The notes under the pieces: generated by a model
What the model saw: the letters and a program-made list of their open reading frames with translations, nothing else
Databases searched by the model: none
Told to the model about the DNA's origin: nothing
In this document: positions 1 through 48,036 of the stretch, piece by piece
How the letters are laid out: each line of letters begins with the position of its first letter
Position numbering within the stretch: position 1 is the stretch's first letter
Program-made: the position numbers and the translations under genes
Assembly: GCA_964252035.1 (NCBI GenBank)
Contig: OZ176211.1
Strand: one strand, 5' to 3'
Length of the DNA stretch: 64,000 nt
Source of the DNA: Podarcis erhardii
Taxonomy: Eukaryota

Positions 1-1585
1 TCTGTTCAAATGGGCAAAAGTAGAATGCCTTTCTGCATTATAGTACTTTCCTATTAATTTGGATCTTGAAATATATTCTATGTTTGGATCTACTGTCGGT
101 AAGTAAAGCACATATATTGAAGCAGAAGGCAGAATCAAACAGTAATAAAACTAAATATGCATTTTGCATATCGAAACATGGTACAGTACTAAAGTTAATA
201 ATTCTTAGTTAATGTTGAAAGTGAAAGGTTAGTACAATTATTTTACTGACCTTTTAACCGTGGCTAACTAGAATTTCAAAGTCGTTTCATACCCTAACTT
301 CAAATCAAGATTAATAGTAAACCTTGGTTAGAATTTACTGTGGTTAAGTTTTGTGCTACCATAAGTTTTAATTATGGTACAGCCTGGTGAAGATTTGGAG
401 GGAGTAGTGGGGAAGGGAGTCGGTGATGCTACGCCTCCTCACAGATCCTTAACCCAGAATCTGCAAACTTTGACTTGCCAAATTACCAGGGATTATTTAT
501 GACTCCTCCTATTCTCCAAGGCCTGTGGCTTGATGTCTGCTGCAAGTGGAGAGTTATTTTTTCTGTCTTAATGATGGTTTTTTATAGATTGCAACACAGT
601 GCTAGGAGTTCCATCACCTATCTGGAGCTGAGATCATTCAGATTTCAAGAATACAACAAGAACAAGGATATACTGATCCATATCAGCAATGTATCTAGAA
701 AAGTGTATACAAATAGTCAGGAAGGCATGAGACCTGTGACTTCACTAAAAGGCATACAAGGTTTTAAACTGAGCAGGGGAAAAAATCTGTTGTCAGAATA
801 TGTCAGTGGAGAGAGACAAGGTAGCTTCACTAGTTGAGCAGACAAATTCTGAAAGATGCCAATAGATGCTTCACTTGAGGTTGTTGCTTTGGGGATCCTG
901 ACTTATATTTGCTTCAGGAAAATGGCCCATACTTTTCTTTGCAATGTCTAGAGGTCTTTAGGTTGATGATGAAAATGCTTAGCTAGCAACAAAAAGGATA
1001 GAAAGTGCTGGTATATGCCTCCCCTCCTTCCAGATGTTATCTAGGGTTGTCTTGAAGATATTGGAGCAGCAAGTGGAAGAATTCCTCATGGTACCTGGTT
1101 AATCCAGAAAGTTCAGAATACCAGTTCAACAACCTTGAAAGCTACCATTCCCTCCAGAGATTTTGATTCAAGCTTCAGTTGTGTTGTTTCCCTCTTTACA
1201 TTACTGCAGAAATACAGCCCTTCCTTTGTTTCCTTGATAAAAGTCTATTCCATACTAGTTCAGGGGTTGCCAACCTGATGCTCACAGGTGTCATGGCATT
1301 TAAAAACAAATAAAACATAGGCACACATGTTCTAAGAATGATAAAATTAATGCAACAAACTAAAACAATTAAACCATCCATACAGACTTTAAAGACAATG
1401 AAAGAGTTTCATCAGATATAAAATTGATCTTCCATAGAAGACTTGAGTAAACCTCAAGAAAAAATTTCCTTTAATAAATGTTTTCAGTAAGAACCGAAAC
1501 ATCATCACTCTAGGCACCTGTCTGCTTTCAGTTGGTTATTGATTCCAGAGAGCTGGACCTGTAACACTAAGACCTTTTTCTAGTA

Positions 1586-1817
1586 CAGTGGAACCTCCAT
1601 TTTCGAGCGTTCCGGAAGCCAAACAATTCGGAACCTGAATGCCAAAAACCCAGAAGTAATTGCTTTCATTTTTGAATGTGCCTTGGAAGTCAAATGGCTT
1701 CTGCTGCGTGTTTTGCAATGGATTTTGCCAACCGCCCACTGATCCACGGTTTTTGAACGTTTCAGAAGTCGAACGGTCTTCCGGAACAGATTACGTTCAG
1801 AACCCGAGGTTCCACTG
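1586..1817. mobile_element. Tigger/pogo-like non-autonomous DNA transposon (MITE)
   Basis: Perfect 12-bp TIRs CAGTGGAACCTC / GAGGTTCCACTG, with TA on both sides (1584-85, 1818-19). Confidence 0.88.
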
Positions 1818-2962
1818 TACAGATTAAGTGCACTGTGTTTTTTATAGAACAACTTACCTCATGTAGCTTTGATGGTATCGTTAATGAAGACATTTTTATG
1901 TTTGCTTATTTTGTATAGCCAGGTAGTTGACAGTTTTAAAATATTGTGTTTTATATGTGCCTGTCTGTTGTGTTGTGTTTTGTTTTACTATACTACTGTA
2001 AACAAAAATGAAAACAGAACAAAGTGCTAATTCCACCACTTCAGTCAAGGGATGGCAATAAACAATTACATAAGATGCTAAGATCTGAAGTGTTGATACA
2101 TCACAAGTACTTTTTATTCTCATTTGTTTATCAGAATGTAATTTTTATTAATTATCTTTAGAATTTTCTACAGAGATATTTTATGCATATGGTTTAGAGT
2201 CTATGTTTATTGAAAATGAATAAATGTGAATTATTTTTTATTTCTTTTAAATCGCAAGTCCTTAAGTATAAAGTGCTGGTGTAAAATATATAGAAGGCAA
2301 CAATGGGAAGATGGAAGTACTGAGTGCTACTATAACTATAATCCAGCAATGACATATCTATTGTCTCCACTGGTTGCAGCCAACTAAATACATTAAGGAT
2401 GAAATTTTATGCATATATACCTGAGATTAGGCTCCATTGAAAAAGTAGGACTTACTTATGAGTAAACATGCATGGGATTGCACTCTTGTCTTTATGTTAA
2501 GGAAAAAATTGGGGTTATACAATGAAATTTTGCTTCATACAGGTAAAGGGAGTACTGTTTCATACAATAGATAATGAATTAATAGATATTGTTGCCTTAA
2601 GGTGTGGTGATGGCTACATTTTTGAGTTGGCTTAAAAATGGTTTGGGGCATATGGATTGAAAGAAAAGACGTAAATGATAAGGAAGGAAATATGTGAGAA
2701 ATATAACTCCAGAAAACCTAAAAGAGGGAAAGAAATAGCAAATGTTTAACTTTTCTGTGGGTTTGTCTACATACTCAACATTTTTTCCATCTGACTTCAT
2801 ACTCTCAGCGCTTCACTAGAAGCTGATGATGAATTATATCTACATGTTCACTGCTAAATGCTTCCGTAAGTTTGTTTCTTTGCAAATGTTTAACTTGCCA
2901 ACTTATGTTGTCAGACTCTACTTCTACTGCTAAGTAAACTGCTTTCTTCCATTATCTCCTAG

Positions 2963-38009
<35,047 letters not shown>

Positions 38010-39585
38010 CACTAAACAAATAAAATGTTTCATAATATTTTAATAAGGTACTCAGTTGGATCTAAATGGACATTTTGTTGGTGGGAAGCTTTTCGAGCTT
38101 TGGCAAACTGGTGCATTTACAAACTTGGTGCAGTGGAATGTTGATCTTATTTTTCTGTGTGTAAACCTTCCTGTTTGGAATAGGGGTTTGGAGGCAGAAT
38201 ATCACAGTGAAGCCTTATTTTTTACCAGATTCAATTTTACTGGGTTTTGAAGTGAATCTTCAGCTATTATGATACCACATTTCATCAATCCAGTATGAGA
38301 TATCCTTTAAGCTGAGCATTGATATTAAAAAGTCTTAAGGTCTGATATCAGTGTTTAAGTGGCTTCCAATTTTGCTACTTCCAGACCTGGATAATAGTTA
38401 GCACTTGAAATTTTTAAAACTGGGGATGCAAAAGTGGCTACTACTTCTTTAACTAAAATACAAATATTTGAACTTGCTTACGCTCAATCCGAATTTTGTG
38501 TGTGTGCTGAGTATTGTCTTCCACATCCAGACTGACTTTTACCACAACAGCAAATTTTATTTATGTTGGTGGAAAAACTTTCTTGGATCTTTTCAATAAG
38601 CAATAATATTGCTCTGCATCTTGAGTATTTGTAGATTACCCTTGGGGAGTATTCAAAGCAGTGCATCAAAGCTTAGATTGGGGTAATTCTAACAAAGATA
38701 ACAGGGTGGAGGGTTAGTCTTTGGGAAAGAGGCAGTTGGGTAAATGGATTTTATTTATATAAGTGCTTCATTGTTTCAATTATAAACCTTTCTAAAACAG
38801 CCTTTGAGAAAACCCAGAACCTATTTTTTTATTTGAAAATTTGTAATTAAAACTAGTGGATCGTTCTCATTTTACACTGACCCAGAGCTGTGTTTTCTGG
38901 AATGAAGAAAGTATTTTTTTTGCTTCTTCTTGATTTCCTCTTGACACAAAGTTTATTAGTAGATGAAAAGAGAAATACTTGTTGTGTTCAAGTGAATTTG
39001 CCTTTCCAATTTATACGTGACAGTGATGTACCAGAGGCTTAGTATGCAAACAGGAAGTCCAGTTATTTTATGTTAATGTATAAAAGGGTTAGCTGTCTTA
39101 TTTAAAGGTAAAAGAATTTAGTGAGACTATATATATTTATGAAAAGGGGTGAGAAGGGATATATTAATTTTTTTGCATTTCTTGTCAATGTGATCATTTA
39201 TTAAACAGATCCCTAGGTGTCTGTGATTTGAAACACTGGCTTTCTAAACTCAACATTCCATGTAAATGTTTTAGTTTCGATACAGATAAACCACCAGGTC
39301 TTTGCAAATGTAGTCTAAATAGATGGTTGGTTTTTTGGTTCATTGCATTCATGTTTTAAAATTGTGTAATACAAGGGAAGTGCCAACAACCAAAATATCG
39401 TCTTTTGGAAACATTTGTGCTAGAGTGACGCATGTAGCCTGGCCCTGAACATCCATCATGTAATGTTGAGTGTCTCAGGTTTTACTGTTTTTGGTGACCT
39501 ATGGTTGTACTTCAGCACCAATTAATTGCATGAAAAATACTGAACTGGATCCCCTCCCTCCCGGCTGTGTTTCAGTACTGCTTTA

Positions 39586-39591
39586 AATAAA
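39586..39591 (+). terminator. Candidate intermediate polyadenylation signal
   Basis: AATAAA followed within 10 nt by a GU-rich (GTTT)n tract. Confidence 0.4.
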
Positions 39592-39599
39592 TCACTGTG

Positions 39600-39634
39600 G
39601 TTGTTTGTTTGTTTGTTTGTTTGTTTGTTTGTTT
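39600..39634. repeat. (GTTT)n microsatellite
   Basis: Directly visible. Confidence 0.95.
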
Positions 39635-40469
39635 GGCAGGCATTATGTGTCTTTGACATTCAGTGCGTACTGCAAGAGCCAGTGCCAAGAATGCTGGGTA
39701 TCTGTCAGTATCTACATTTTGTATATGAGAGGATCAAAACACTTGTTTAGAAATACATTTGTCCTGTTTGTCAGCTATAGTTTGTGAGTCTATTCTTACC
39801 ATATATTTTTCTTGAAAACAAGGGAAAATTGGGCATATAGGTTTCAAATGTTGTGACATCCCAGAATGCTGTTTGAGAGGAAACTCTCTCCCTTTCATCC
39901 TGATTGTCGCTCCAAAAACAGCATTTCGGCACTGTGCTCTTACTGGCAATAATTGAGACTATTAATCTTTGTAAGCTTCCCATGTTCTTTTTGTCAAGAG
40001 AGAATTTACTATCCTTTGAGTTTACTAGCTTTGAAGCAGCAACTGAGTCTGCAGTGACCTTGGACACCTTTGTTTTAATAAGAGCATGATCCAAAAAGCT
40101 CTGGAGCTTTGCATAAGTAGGAGCTGCCTGTCCTCTCCAATGCTGCGGCATGTTCTATGTGTGCACACTGAAACTGTGTGGAGCCTTGGATCATACACAT
40201 AGCATGGGTATAGTTCAGAAAAACTTAAGTCAATTTTTGGCTCAAAGTGAAACTGACTTTTTTCAGCCTTTTAAAATTGTACTGCATGGGTTTGAGTACA
40301 ATGGTTTTATGGTTTTAAATATAAATATCCTTATTGTATTTTTGCTGTTTTGTCATTGTAAAGCAAATGTTAAAAGTTTTTATACTATGGATTCAGAGCA
40401 ATACTTGAAGTTGTCATCAGTTCACTTACAGATGATGTGCCTGGATTGCAACTTTATCAATCTTAAATC

Positions 40470-40475
40470 AATAAA
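40470..40475 (+). terminator. Candidate distal polyadenylation signal
   Basis: AATAAA about 2.5 kb after the stop, preceded by U-rich/TGTA-containing sequence. Confidence 0.4.
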
Positions 40476-42512
40476 TTATTGACAAAATGTACTGTGGGAA
40501 AGCTTCTTTTTTAAAAATAAGGAACTCAAATCTATCATCTTAAAAAAAATTGAATTGTGCTTACAATATCTGTCACATTCAAACAGTAGCATAACTGAAC
40601 GAACTAACTTAATGAGCTAACTTAAGCCATGATTTTGCTGTAGAAAACAATTATTTTGTTGAAGCATACTAGTCATTTCTGAAATGCCTGGGGCCTGTAC
40701 CCCAGTATATGTTTTTGTGTTTAGGACCCAAATATTTAACTTGTCCAGAGATTTAAGAGTTTCTTCTTTGTCCTGTAATTGCCCGCATCTGCACACAAAG
40801 CAAATATTAAGAATACAAATGACCCCTAATTCAGATGTGACTGTGTAAACAAATTGCACAAGGTTCTGTCCTCATTTTACAAGTGATGACAAAATATAAT
40901 GACAAAATAAAAGCAACATAGTACAACATGTGAGTTTAACAGCAAACCAGCAAGTTTCTCCTTGCATAGTGCATATTCTGGAGAGCTTTTCATAATAATG
41001 GTGTCACCACACACCCTATGATGGCATATTCACAATCAGCTCTAAACATCTGAACCTTAGAAGCCTTCACTTGATTTAGAGTAGACTTGCCTTCTGGAAA
41101 ACCTCTAGGGGTTTAAAGATGAACCCTAAAGTCCATTTTTTCTCTCTACTACTTCCTGAAAGCCCATAGCTTGTCGTGCATGCATTGGATTCATGTGCCA
41201 TTGGTGCAGAGTATTTCTCCTTGTTGCATGCTACTGTGCTTTGAATAATTTGAATTGCATACTTGAATAAGTTGATTAATCGGCTAAAGATAGAAAAATT
41301 AAAGGCAGATTTTCATAATTAAGGCAGCAGTGTCTATGTTCTAATGTGGAGAGAGCCTTGAAATTAATTGAAAATCTTTGAATAAGTTTTCCTTTACAAT
41401 AAGGTGTCTAGAGATTCTAGAATAGGTGACAGTTTTGTGATTTCTTTTTTAAAAACAAGAACAACAATTTTTATTGGTTTTTAAACAAATACAATAATTA
41501 TTTCTGTCATCCTAGAAGGGGACATAAAATGTATTTGGATAACTGACTAAAACTGGGTACATGTTGATAATGATCACATTTTCTTGTGAAGGTGTTTAGT
41601 TAAGTCAGCATGTTGACGACTTAGGATAGATTTACTGAGCTAATCCACATACGTTTTTTTAAAAAAATTGCGACATAGAAACAAAACTTTTACTATGTCA
41701 CAATGACTCCAACTTAACAAGTGTGTTACTTCAAGTAAATACTTTACTGCTTAGTCAATTGCATGCATGTGGGCACCCACAAAACTTTTCCAACTGCAGT
41801 TAGGACTGTAGATATTTTTGTTTCCTTGGAAAAGCATGCCTACAAGAGTTCCTTTCTTGCCTAATTGAATGAGTATAGCATTTTCCTGTGCAGTGTAGCA
41901 GTGAAGTTATAGGTGGAGAAAGATATATGTTCTACACAAGTGGAACATTCACACATCTCGGGAAGCTTAGAACTGTGTATTTCCAAACACTGCCTTTCCT
42001 TATGTTGCTGGAGCTGGGAGTCTGATGGAACCCAGGTTGCAAAACATCTTTACAAATTCAGGTTTAGATTATATCCCCCCCCCCCCCCGCAAGAGATTAA
42101 TCCAATTGTTCACCTAAAAAGGTTTCTTTGCCCACTTGGTAATACTTTATGTAGGCCAGATACAAAGGAATGTGAACCTGCCAAGAATTGAAATTATTTT
42201 GCCTGTGTGACAGCCAAGCTACCAGCATGCTAATTTTTACTCACACAAAAGGGATAAAGGACTCCAAGAGGCACCAAATTATCTTTTATTTTCCTGCCCA
42301 GGTTGAGCTGGTCTGACATGAGTAAGAAATAGATGGTAGTGTTTACACCATATTCATGAGAAGTAGTATCTTTGGAGATGCCCTGGAATCTTCAGATGAA
42401 TATATAAATTTAATAAATAATAACACCAATAATGTTATTCGTATGAGGCCACTCATATCATGAAACTCACTGGGTGACCTTTAGCCATTATTAGGTAAGG
42501 TAAAAAACAAAC

Positions 42513-42612
42513 AAAGGTAAAGGACCCTGTATGGTTAAGTTCAGTCAAAGGCGACTGGACCCCAGAGTCATCCACGACTGGACCTAATGGTCAGGGGTCC
42601 CTTTACCTTTAC
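42513..42612. mobile_element. Two Sauria SINE 3' ends joined in inverted orientation
   Basis: Left aaaggtaaaggaccctgtatggttaagttcagtcaaaggcgact is a minus-strand tail. Right accccagagtc...gacctaatggtcaggggtccctttacctttac is a plus-strand tail, near-identical to 50351-50400. Confidence 0.75.
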
Positions 42613-44917
42613 GGGCAGTGAAAGGTGGGATATCAAGTCCAAACTCCTTTTTCTTCTACAATATGAGGAAGAGCCTTATATACTGCCATGAGGGACTTGG
42701 AGAAGGGCCAAGGCATGAATCTAATAAGCAAATGACCTTCAGGTTCACTTCTGACATCTAACTCAGAGAGATGGTTGGTCCTGGATGCTTTGGAAGACCT
42801 TGAAAGTGCAGATAAGCCATTCTGCCAGTAGAGGATGATACATCCAAATCAAATTCTGTGTCTCTTCATATTTAATTGCTTTGTAGGTATCTCTAACACC
42901 CAGATGGAGCTCTTTCCTAGTCTGGATCTCTTTTGGAATTGTTCTTACATGTTTTTAGCTGTTTTGTTTTACCTTTGGCCTATTTGCTGCCCCAGGTCCT
43001 TTCATCTACCTTGCGAGGCTATGGATTGGATCCTTGGGCTTTTGCATGCAAAGCAGGTGCTCTTTAGTCAATAACCTTTGGACTGTTTTTTGTTTCACGT
43101 ATTTTAGTTTTCAAAAAGAAATATAAGTTATGTTAAAAATAAAAACTGGTTATTTTCAAAGAGTTTATTCTATGGCCTCATCACCAACCAGTTAAGAGGC
43201 AAAAAATGAAATGAAATGCTTCAATTTTTAAATTTAGTTTCAGAATCCTTACATTTTAGAACACATTCTAACTCGAATAGAATGACGTTTTGAAATTACA
43301 TGTAGCCAGTGTTATTTTTCTTTTAAAAAAGGTTTAGGGGTACTCTCATTTTCCTACTCATATTGAAATACTGCCCCTCAATGAGGCCAAACTTAGATTC
43401 ACAGAATGTTTAGGGGTATGCATACCCCTGCGTCCCCCATGAAAAAAGCACTGCATGTAGCTGTTTAGTGTGGTGTGTGTGGTGTGTGTGGTGTATATGT
43501 ATGGGGGGGGGAGGGAAGACAAAGCAGGCCAGGCTAATTTTATGGGCTTTCCCATCCATGCTTTCAAATAAAACACAATTTTTCTTCCCTTTTTTTTTAA
43601 AAAAAAATTACTTCTCCTACTGTACCTCTCAGTTTGTTTGCTTATTACTTACACTTCTCTAAACCCAGCCCTTTATTGTATTCTAGTTTAAAAACCACCT
43701 GGATATTCTTTTTCTTTGTTAAATTCCCCCTAAGCCTCTTTTATATGCTTGCCTGATGTATAAGACAGACTCCTGCAACATGAAAGCTTCAGAACTCTTG
43801 TGCAGCTGGCAAGTTTTTCATTTTTATTTTTGTTTAAAAATGCAGTTCTTCTATATAAGTGTAGATATTAACTCTGAGTAAAATGGCCGTTGTCCTAAAT
43901 GTTAGCAATCTGCTTTTTTCAAATGTGGCATTAACAGTTTCAGTGGCATGCTTACACCTGTAAGCTTGTTATATCACACCTTGTTATATTGAAGAACAGC
44001 AGAGTGTAGCAGACACATGTAGGCATAAGACGGGAGAAGGAACGTGAAGGTGGCCTTGTAAATCTTTGGTATTGGAGTGTGGTGTGATAGCTTCAAAGAA
44101 CAGCAGATGAAAAGATCATCAGGTGTTCTTTAGATATTTATGTCAAAATTTTATACTGGATTCTTTAAAAATGTGAAACCCTTAAAACACACAGTTATGG
44201 CTAGCAAATGTTAAGAAGGGAAAACTCTTCTTTAAGATATCAAACTTCAGCTGAGACCAATATTTTTTCCTTCTTGAACACTGGTGGATTTTCCCACTCT
44301 TGGCGTTGCAAATGATGAGAAGGCTTTAATTTGGAAAACTAACTGCTGAAAACTGACATCTCCTTCAGGCTGGTGCTTTTATTGCAGTGGTTTATTCTGC
44401 AACATGTTCTTAACACAATAAACTGCTTCAGTTTGGGCTCACCCACACTTCCACTTGCCGTGTGATTTCTAGGCGCAGGTCTGAGACGTTTTTCTTTTGT
44501 CCCATTACTTTCTTTGAGAAAACCCACTGTTTACTGCTGAATTGGAGCAAATGTCAATCTGCAGAAAACCCAATTGACATTTGTTCCAACTCAGCAGTAT
44601 ACAAGACAGAGAAAGCAGCAAGACAAAAGAGAGGGGAAAAACACGCTTGAACCCATACCTAGAAATCGCAAGACAAATGTGGACGAGCCCTTTGTTTTGT
44701 GATGTTTCCCCAATGCTACCGCATTATTGCTCTCTCGAAGGGCTATAGTTCAAAGAAAGCAGGGCAAAACTAAATGAGAGCATTTGTGGTGTTAAAAAGT
44801 GATGGGCTTTCAGCAGGAAGTTCTGGGATATACACTGGTTGGAAGGGAAGCAATGTGCCTGCCCCAAAACTTGCAGACATAAACAGAATTGGAAGCAGGC
44901 TCTACCTGTGACCATCC

Positions 44918-44954
<37 letters not shown>

Positions 44955-44995
44955 TTTTATTTATACCCCGCCCTCCCCAGCCAAGGCCGGGCTCA
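44918..44995 (-). mobile_element. (AAT)n tract plus non-LTR retroelement 3' tail
   Basis: (aat)n followed by ttttatttataccccgccctccccagccaaggccgggctca. Confidence 0.55.
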
Positions 44996-46591
44996 ATAGC
45001 ATCAAATCATTATGACTCTGCAATAAACAGAATATATGGAGAGGCCAACAGTCTCCTTTAAATGCAGGATTTCTTACCAATGGTCCCTTCCTATAGTATT
45101 CCCCCTAGGAGGGAGAGAGGAAGGGGGTGCATCCCCACTTATCTTTTCTTCCTTCTCCTGAGGTAGCTTTCCACTTTAAAAAGGAACACTGGCGTGATGT
45201 TACCTGTAGAAGAAGTTCGTGGCATCTAGTTTAGTCTTAAGGCTTTGTACCATACAAGTGTCTGCCAAAGTCCAAAGAGAATAAACCAACTGTCCTTCCT
45301 AGGGAGCAGTTGCCTCTGATGGAGTTAAAGGACAGTGAGAAGAACCATTTCCTATCCCACATCTTGGTCCTAATGCAAGATGGCAGCTCTGGCCCAGCAG
45401 TTTTGTAATGTTCCCTTAAAAAGTGAGAGGGGGGGGAGCATTTTCACAAATCTAAGAGACCACAACAAGACCATCTGACAATACTCCCAAAATAACATAG
45501 CACATGCTTTCTGAATATCCACAGCAAGGCTGACATAATTCTGGCCTAAGGCAGGCTTCTCCTCGCTGTATCGGTGTCACTGTTTAAAAATAGGTCTCTT
45601 TTGTCATCTGTGGCACTGGTGGCCAGGTTGAGTCATGATTGATGTCACCAGAAAGAACACTCTGAGCCTTCAAAACCGACAGCAGGCTCCTCTGAACGCG
45701 GTAAGATTTACACAGCTCTTAGAAGTTGTGTCTGGATCTGCGTCTTGTTGTAAATCCTAAAAGCTACTTTGTGGACGAGGGACAATATGCTGTCAGAACA
45801 GGAAGGCACGCTTCACCCAGAGTAGAATTGCAAATGTCCAGGCTCCTTTTGAACAAAGCATTAAAATAGATATTTCCTCCGTATTCGCAGACATTTTCTC
45901 TTTTGAAGCTAAGGCTGGCTACTTATGCGTGACCAAAAAAGTAGAGGGAAAACATCTCTGCATAAAAATGCCAATGGATGTGTGCAATTTCAGATTTAGA
46001 AATAATTGGTAGAATTTACATACCATTTTCTATACCATACATCTCGCCATAGTGGGGAAGACGGGGGCCAGCTGGCCTGTGTGCCTACTCAGTCTGGCAC
46101 CTCAAGGCCCCGCTCTCTCTTCTCAAGAGTTATTTATCTTCATAGACTGGGGAGCCCTGCAAGCAGTGGGTTCCTTCAAACAGCAGAATGTCCTATGGAG
46201 GCATGGTCATCCTATTCAAAGGTAGAATTACATATTAGCTGGCTAAAAGGGTATCCTTTGAGCCTTTTGACGCTGCTCATTCCCTCAATTCCTATCCACC
46301 TTACCCTTGACATAAAGTAAATCAAATGACTGTATTCTCAGGCAAATGATTATGCACAAGATCATTTAACTGCTGGATCAATATTTCTCATAATGTGACC
46401 CTTTCTCATAGCTCCTTAATGGAAGCATCAACATCATTGTTGGGAAATTTGACTGGCACTGAATTCATGTATTATTACTTTTGAGAGCATTTTTTTAAAA
46501 CATTTCATATGCGCATACAACACAGAGTAAAGTGGTATAGAATGTGTAGAATGGACTTGCCCCACTTCAGCCATAAGTTGGGAAAGATATA

Positions 46592-46867
46592 GAGTGGTAC
46601 ATCGGTTTTCGAACTTAATCCATTCCGGAAGACCGTTTGACTTCTGAAACATTCGAAAACTGAGGCACAATGGGCAGTTGGCAAATTCAATTAGAAAATA
46701 GAGAAATGTGCCTTGGAAGTCGAACGGCTTCCGAGGCGCATTCAAAAACGGAAGCATTTTTTACTTCTGGGTTTTCGGCGTTTGAAAACCGAAACGTTCG
46801 GCAACGGAGACATCCGAAAACATATATATACAATATATACACATATATACAGTATTATATAACACTG
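46592..46867. mobile_element. Tigger/pogo-like MITE, same family as 1586-1817 in opposite orientation, right end disrupted by AT-rich repeat
   Basis: ta+gagtggtacatcggttttcgaac; internal ttccggaagaccgtttgacttctgaaac is the reverse complement of the element at 1586. Confidence 0.75.
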
Positions 46868-47947
46868 TATATAATATTTTTAATGTCACCTGTTCTTTAA
46901 TTTCAGAGATTTCCCAGGCAGCAGGCTGAGCTATAATCTTTCTCCCTGAAGGGTGAGCTGTTTCACTTGCAGGAACATTTTGTGGAGAAATATTCAAAAT
47001 GCCTCCCCTCTCCCACCCTGCCAGTAGTGTCACAGTCCACTCAGACTCCCTCGTTCTGCTGCAGGCCTAAGCCAGCACCTCATTTTCAGAACCATCTCAG
47101 TAAGAGCGGCAGGGGGAGGAGAGACCCGGTGCTGTGGAAAAGATGGCTTTATGTAGTGGGAGCAAGAGAAGTGAGACTGAGAGAATGGAAAATCCCAGGT
47201 GAGGAGTGGGTAAGGGTGGGATTTACCGATGGCTGCCTAAAGTCCTAGATTTCCCAGTTCCTGAAGATGTGTCTGACTGTTCTGCCATATGTTGTTATTA
47301 GTGCTACAGTCAGATGACAAAGGGCAGGTTGTGACTGAAAGTGTATTCAGAGGCACACACAGAAAGAAGAAGCCAAAAAACAGCTAATCATAAAAATGAT
47401 AAATATGTGGAACAGTTTGCCATGCACAGCTATAATACCGCAAGCTCTCTGAGTGATGCCAAGCTTTTGAAATTAGCAAGATCCCCAACCTTCATTTGAT
47501 TTGAAGATGGAAAATATTAACAAATTTATTACATGTTTAGCATTCATGTTTCCTTTATTGCATGCTGAAGGTATTGCCAAGCCATTATTTATTTGATGCA
47601 GAAATAGCTTCCCATAAAGCACAAATAAACAATAAAAAGCGAATAAAAAAGCAACAACAAGTACAGCTTAGATACAGACTGGGATAAAAATCTACACTTA
47701 CTTAACTAAGCAGTTAACTTCCTCCTGTACCACCTTCATAAACAGATCTCTCTGTCTTTATCTGATGCAATAGGCATCAGATGTCAGGCATCAGGTGTCA
47801 CGGTTTTAGATTGTGTTACTGTCCTCAAAACAAGAATACATTTATGATCATGTATGAACAGGATGAACAGTTCCTTCAAATACTTGAAAAATCAGTAGGG
47901 GATGCAGGGAAATAAGAAGTAACAGCAAGAATGTTTGTGTATATCCA

Positions 47948-47949
<2 letters not shown>

Positions 47950-48034
<85 letters not shown>
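47950..48034. repeat. (GT)n-(GA)n compound microsatellite
   Basis: Directly visible. Confidence 0.97.

Positions 48035-48036
<2 letters not shown>

Larger units (their letters stand above)
38010..40500 (+). other. MPP7: Probable MPP7 3' UTR
   Basis: AT/U-rich sequence after the stop, with AATAAA at 38019, 39586 and 40470. The true end is inferred, not observed. Confidence 0.55.

Noticed and set aside
475-837. 120-aa ORF and most other short ORFs in the track
   Set aside because: No recognisable protein similarity or splice context; such ORFs are expected by chance in intronic DNA, and many start at non-ATG codons.
45540-46000. Possible enhancer-like stretch (AP-1 TGAGTCA, TCF/SOX-like sites); similar at 48900-49100
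   Set aside because: Short motifs alone are not enough without conservation or chromatin data.
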